Of a stretch of 64,000 nucleotides of DNA, positions 60,990 to 64,000 are shown piece after piece. The notes under the pieces are model-generated. The model ran no database searches, had not been told where the DNA came from, and saw only the letters and a list, made by a program, of their open reading frames with translations. Numbering within the stretch: position 1 is the first letter of the stretch; each line of letters starts with the position of its first letter. A program made the position numbers and the translations under genes. Where the stretch lies: NCBI GenBank assembly GCA_963793425.1, contig CAWCAG010000001.1, forward strand, positions 192,001 through 256,000. The letters are read 5' to 3'. The DNA is from an uncultured cyanobacterium. Lineage in GTDB: Bacteria; Cyanobacteriota; Cyanobacteriia; Cyanobacteriales; CAWCAG01.

Positions 60990-62057
60990 TTACCCAGTTT
61001 CCTTGTCACCCAGTCTCCTCGTCTTAACTCTTTTATGCCGAATACGATCGCGCCCCATATCTTTGGCCTCATATAAAGCAATATCGGCGAGTTTAATTAA
61101 TTGAGAAACTTGCAAATTCTCTGTTGCTGTTGCTGATATTTGACCAATACTCAGACTCAAAGAAAGGTTTAGCTGGTCTTCAATAATAGGTTCACTTCTT
61201 ACCCGCGATAAGATGCGATTAGCCAATAAGATGCCGCGATCGCTAGAACAATCTGTGGCAAAAACCAAAAATTCATCTCCGCCGTATCGGGCTACAAAGT
61301 CGTAATGTCTTAGGGAAGAACGAATTCTTTGGGCAACTTCTTTTAAAGCAATATCTCCTGCTACATGGCCATATTTATCATTAATATCTTTGTAGTAGTC
61401 AACATCCAATAACATTAAAACAACTTGCTGCTGTTTGCGTTTAGCACTTGAAAACTCACGACTCAAAAGCACTTCCATACCTTTACGATTCCACACCTTA
61501 GTTAGGGGATCAATTAGTGCTTCTCGCTTTGCTTCATTTAGTTCTGAAAGTAACTGGGCTTGGGCTTCGGTTAAAGCAGATAATCGCAGTTCATTCTCTA
61601 CCCATGCCGCAAGACTACTTAAGGTTTCTACATCTTTTGGTGAGAACTGTCGCGGAACTCTGTCAATGATACATAACGTTCCTAAATTTCTGCCATCATA
61701 CCTTAAAGGATGCCCAGCATAAAAGCGAATATGAGGTTCTCCTGTTACTAAGGGATTATCAGCAAAGTCTGGGTTAAGCCAAGTATCTTCGACAACTAAA
61801 GCTTCGTGGCTGAGAATGGCGTGGCCACAGAAGGAAATTTCTCTAGGGGTTTGAGATGCTGTCAAGCCCTGTACTGATTTAAACCACTGGCATCTTTCTG
61901 AAACAAGTGACACAAGAGCAATGGGAACATTAAAGATCGTTTGAGCTAATCTGGTGATACGATCAAAGCGCTCTTCAGCAGGGGAACAAACCATTCTCAC
62001 TGAATCAAGGGCTGCCAGTCTCTCTTTTTCATCACTAGGTATTTGTGGCCTTTTCAT
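60990..62057 (-). CDS. GAF-GGDEF diguanylate cyclase
   Basis: SFCGHAI, NPLV, RFYAG GAF; RHYD I-site and GGDEF. Confidence 0.93.
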   Translation of the reverse strand: MKRPQIPSDEKERLAALDSVRMVCSPAEERFDRITRLAQTIFNVPIALVSLVSERCQWFKSVQGLTASQTPREISFCGHAILSHEALVVEDTWLNPDFADNPLVTGEPHIRFYAGHPLRYDGRNLGTLCIIDRVPRQFSPKDVETLSSLAAWVENELRLSALTEAQAQLLSELNEAKREALIDPLTKVWNRKGMEVLLSREFSSAKRKQQQVVLMLLDVDYYKDINDKYGHVAGDIALKEVAQRIRSSLRHYDFVARYGGDEFLVFATDCSSDRGILLANRILSRVRSEPIIEDQLNLSLSLSIGQISATATENLQVSQLIKLADIALYEAKDMGRDRIRHKRVKTRRLGDKETG

Positions 62058-62422
62058 GTTTGGTCAATTCAGGGCTTAATTATAAATTATACGGACTATC
62101 ACTAACAAAATTTTTAATCAGGCAATCGTTTCTAGATAAAATTACCCCATAAAGGCTTTATGGTTTCTCTATAAGAATTATTCCCAATGAGCCGTTGGGC
62201 ATTTAATTTACTTGTTACATAACTAACCTGTAACCTCTTTCATGCCAGTTTTTGAGGATCAGAAATTCCCTGCTAGGGTTTCGTACTTAAGGAGGATTTT
62301 AATGACTGAAATATCTGGTTTTGGGCAGATATTAAGTTATTTGAAGTTAAAACTAAGGACAGACGTTGATAAGGAGAGTTGATCGGCATCTTAATAAGTA
62401 GGGATATTAACGGATCTAGATT

Positions 62423-63973
62423 ATGACTCAATCCTACGATGTGATTATTGTTGGTGCTGGTGCTGGGGGAGGAACCCTTGCTTATGCTTTAGCTTCTACG
62501 GGTAAACGCATTCTGATTTTAGAGCAGGGAGATTATTTACCAAAAGAGAAAGCTAACTGGGATGCTGGTGAAATTTTTACGGCCGAACGCTATCAAACTA
62601 AGGAAGAATGGTTAGATAAGGAGCAAAAGGCTTTTAGTCCAGAAGCTTACTATTGTGTGGGAGGAAATACTAAACTTTATGGTGCTGTACTACAAAGGAT
62701 GCGCCAAGAGGATTTTAGTGAAGTTGAGCATTACGATGGTATTTCTCCAGCTTGGCCCCTTGATTATCAAACTTTTGAGCCTTATTACACCCAAGCAGAG
62801 AAGCTTTATAAAATTCATGGTATAAGGGGAGAAGATCCTACTGAACCCCTAGCATCAGAAGATTATCCCTATCCTCCTTTACCCCACGAACCTCGCATTC
62901 AAGAGGTTGCCGATGGTTTGCAAGCAGCAGGTTTACAACCCTTTCATCTTACCTTGGCTGTTGATCGAGATGTGGAAAATACGCAACAGAGTAAATGTAT
63001 CCGTTGCGATACTTGCGATCCTTACCCTTGTTTGATAGATGCTAAGTGCGATGCTCAAGTTGCTTGTGTTGACCGCGCTTTAGAATATGATAATGTCACT
63101 TTATTGGTTAATGCCCGTGTTACTCGTTTAATAACCAATGAAACAGGAACAACCGTTAATCAAGTAGAAGCTGAGGTTGAGGGAAAAACTGCACTATTTT
63201 ATGGGGAAATTGTGGTGGTTTCCTGCGGGGCAATTAATTCTGCCCGGTTGTTATTGAATTCTGCTAATGAACAACATCCTGAAGGCTTAGCTAACTCTTC
63301 TGGTTTAGTGGGGCGTAATCTCATGTTCCATAACCACTCAGGAGTGACAGCAGTTTCAACTAAGCGTAATGAAACTGTTTTTCAAAAGACTTTAGGTTTT
63401 AATGATTTTTATTTCCAAGGGCCAAAAAGTGACTATCCTTTAGGTTCAATTCAGTTAACAGGTAAAGCTAAGTGGCAGCGTTTACAAAAGTTTGCCCCTC
63501 CATTTGTACCTAAGTTTATAATTCAATATATGGCTGGGCATTCTGTGGATTTTTGGGTGACAACCGAGGATTTGCCCCATGAGAATAATCGAGTTTATGT
63601 CAATTCTCAAGGAAAGTTAGTAGTGGAACATGAGGTGAATAATCTTAAACCTCACCAAGAGTTAATTGAGGTTTTAAAAGAATATTTACGTAAACAGGAT
63701 TTCTACTTTTTCTGGACAAATCGGATGCCTTTAAAGGTGGTTTGGCATCAAATTGGTACTTGTAAGTTTGGTGAAAATCCTCAAACTAGCGTTCTTGATT
63801 TAGATTGTCGCAGCCACGATTTAGAAAACTTGTATGTGGTTGATGCTAGCTTTATGCCTTCAATGGGAGCAATGAATCCTACTTTAACAATGATTGCTAA
63901 TGCTTTACGAGTAGCGGATCATCTTAAAGAAAGATTAGGGGTTACTCAAAAGCCACAACTAGTTAATCAATGA
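62423..63973 (+). CDS. GMC family FAD oxidoreductase
   Basis: GAGAGG, VGGNTK, HQIGT, NPTLT. Confidence 0.92.
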   Translation: MTQSYDVIIVGAGAGGGTLAYALASTGKRILILEQGDYLPKEKANWDAGEIFTAERYQTKEEWLDKEQKAFSPEAYYCVGGNTKLYGAVLQRMRQEDFSEVEHYDGISPAWPLDYQTFEPYYTQAEKLYKIHGIRGEDPTEPLASEDYPYPPLPHEPRIQEVADGLQAAGLQPFHLTLAVDRDVENTQQSKCIRCDTCDPYPCLIDAKCDAQVACVDRALEYDNVTLLVNARVTRLITNETGTTVNQVEAEVEGKTALFYGEIVVVSCGAINSARLLLNSANEQHPEGLANSSGLVGRNLMFHNHSGVTAVSTKRNETVFQKTLGFNDFYFQGPKSDYPLGSIQLTGKAKWQRLQKFAPPFVPKFIIQYMAGHSVDFWVTTEDLPHENNRVYVNSQGKLVVEHEVNNLKPHQELIEVLKEYLRKQDFYFFWTNRMPLKVVWHQIGTCKFGENPQTSVLDLDCRSHDLENLYVVDASFMPSMGAMNPTLTMIANALRVADHLKERLGVTQKPQLVNQ

Positions 63974-64000
63974 ACATTGATCACTGATTAGCCCTAGTAT

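Overview
Cyanobacterial chromosome segment: many HIP1 (GCGATCGC) octamers, psbA, psaM and ndhQ. The left ~37 kb is accessory-type DNA. It holds three TPR-CHAT proteins (one fragmented), a Tat-exported metacaspase, a DUF928 protein, a two-partner secretion pair (filamentous haemagglutinin-like TpsA plus ShlB/FhaC-type TpsB), three Uma2 genes, Rpn genes/relics, a Rieske/TetR cassette and an internally deleted OLD-type ATPase-TOPRIM nuclease next to tRNA-Gly(CCC). The right ~27 kb is mostly housekeeping (manC, LCP, ssb, cobA, M16 peptidase, ahcY, TerC, GST, GAF-GGDEF, GMC oxidoreductase). The most striking unexplained structure is a four-helix-bundle (IVS/Avd-like) gene between tpsA and tpsB. It is bracketed by mutually inverted 7-mer arrays that can form a 44-bp RNA stem joining the tpsA stop to the tpsB start, and by a 14-bp direct repeat whose collapse would restore a clean tpsA-tpsB junction. 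Also seen: tiny elements inserted into HIP1 sites, a TA-duplicating MITE whose removal restores a reading frame, and REP-like palindromes. No CRISPR array, rRNA, reverse transcriptase, integrase or transposase was found. All product calls come from motif recognition by eye, not from database searches.
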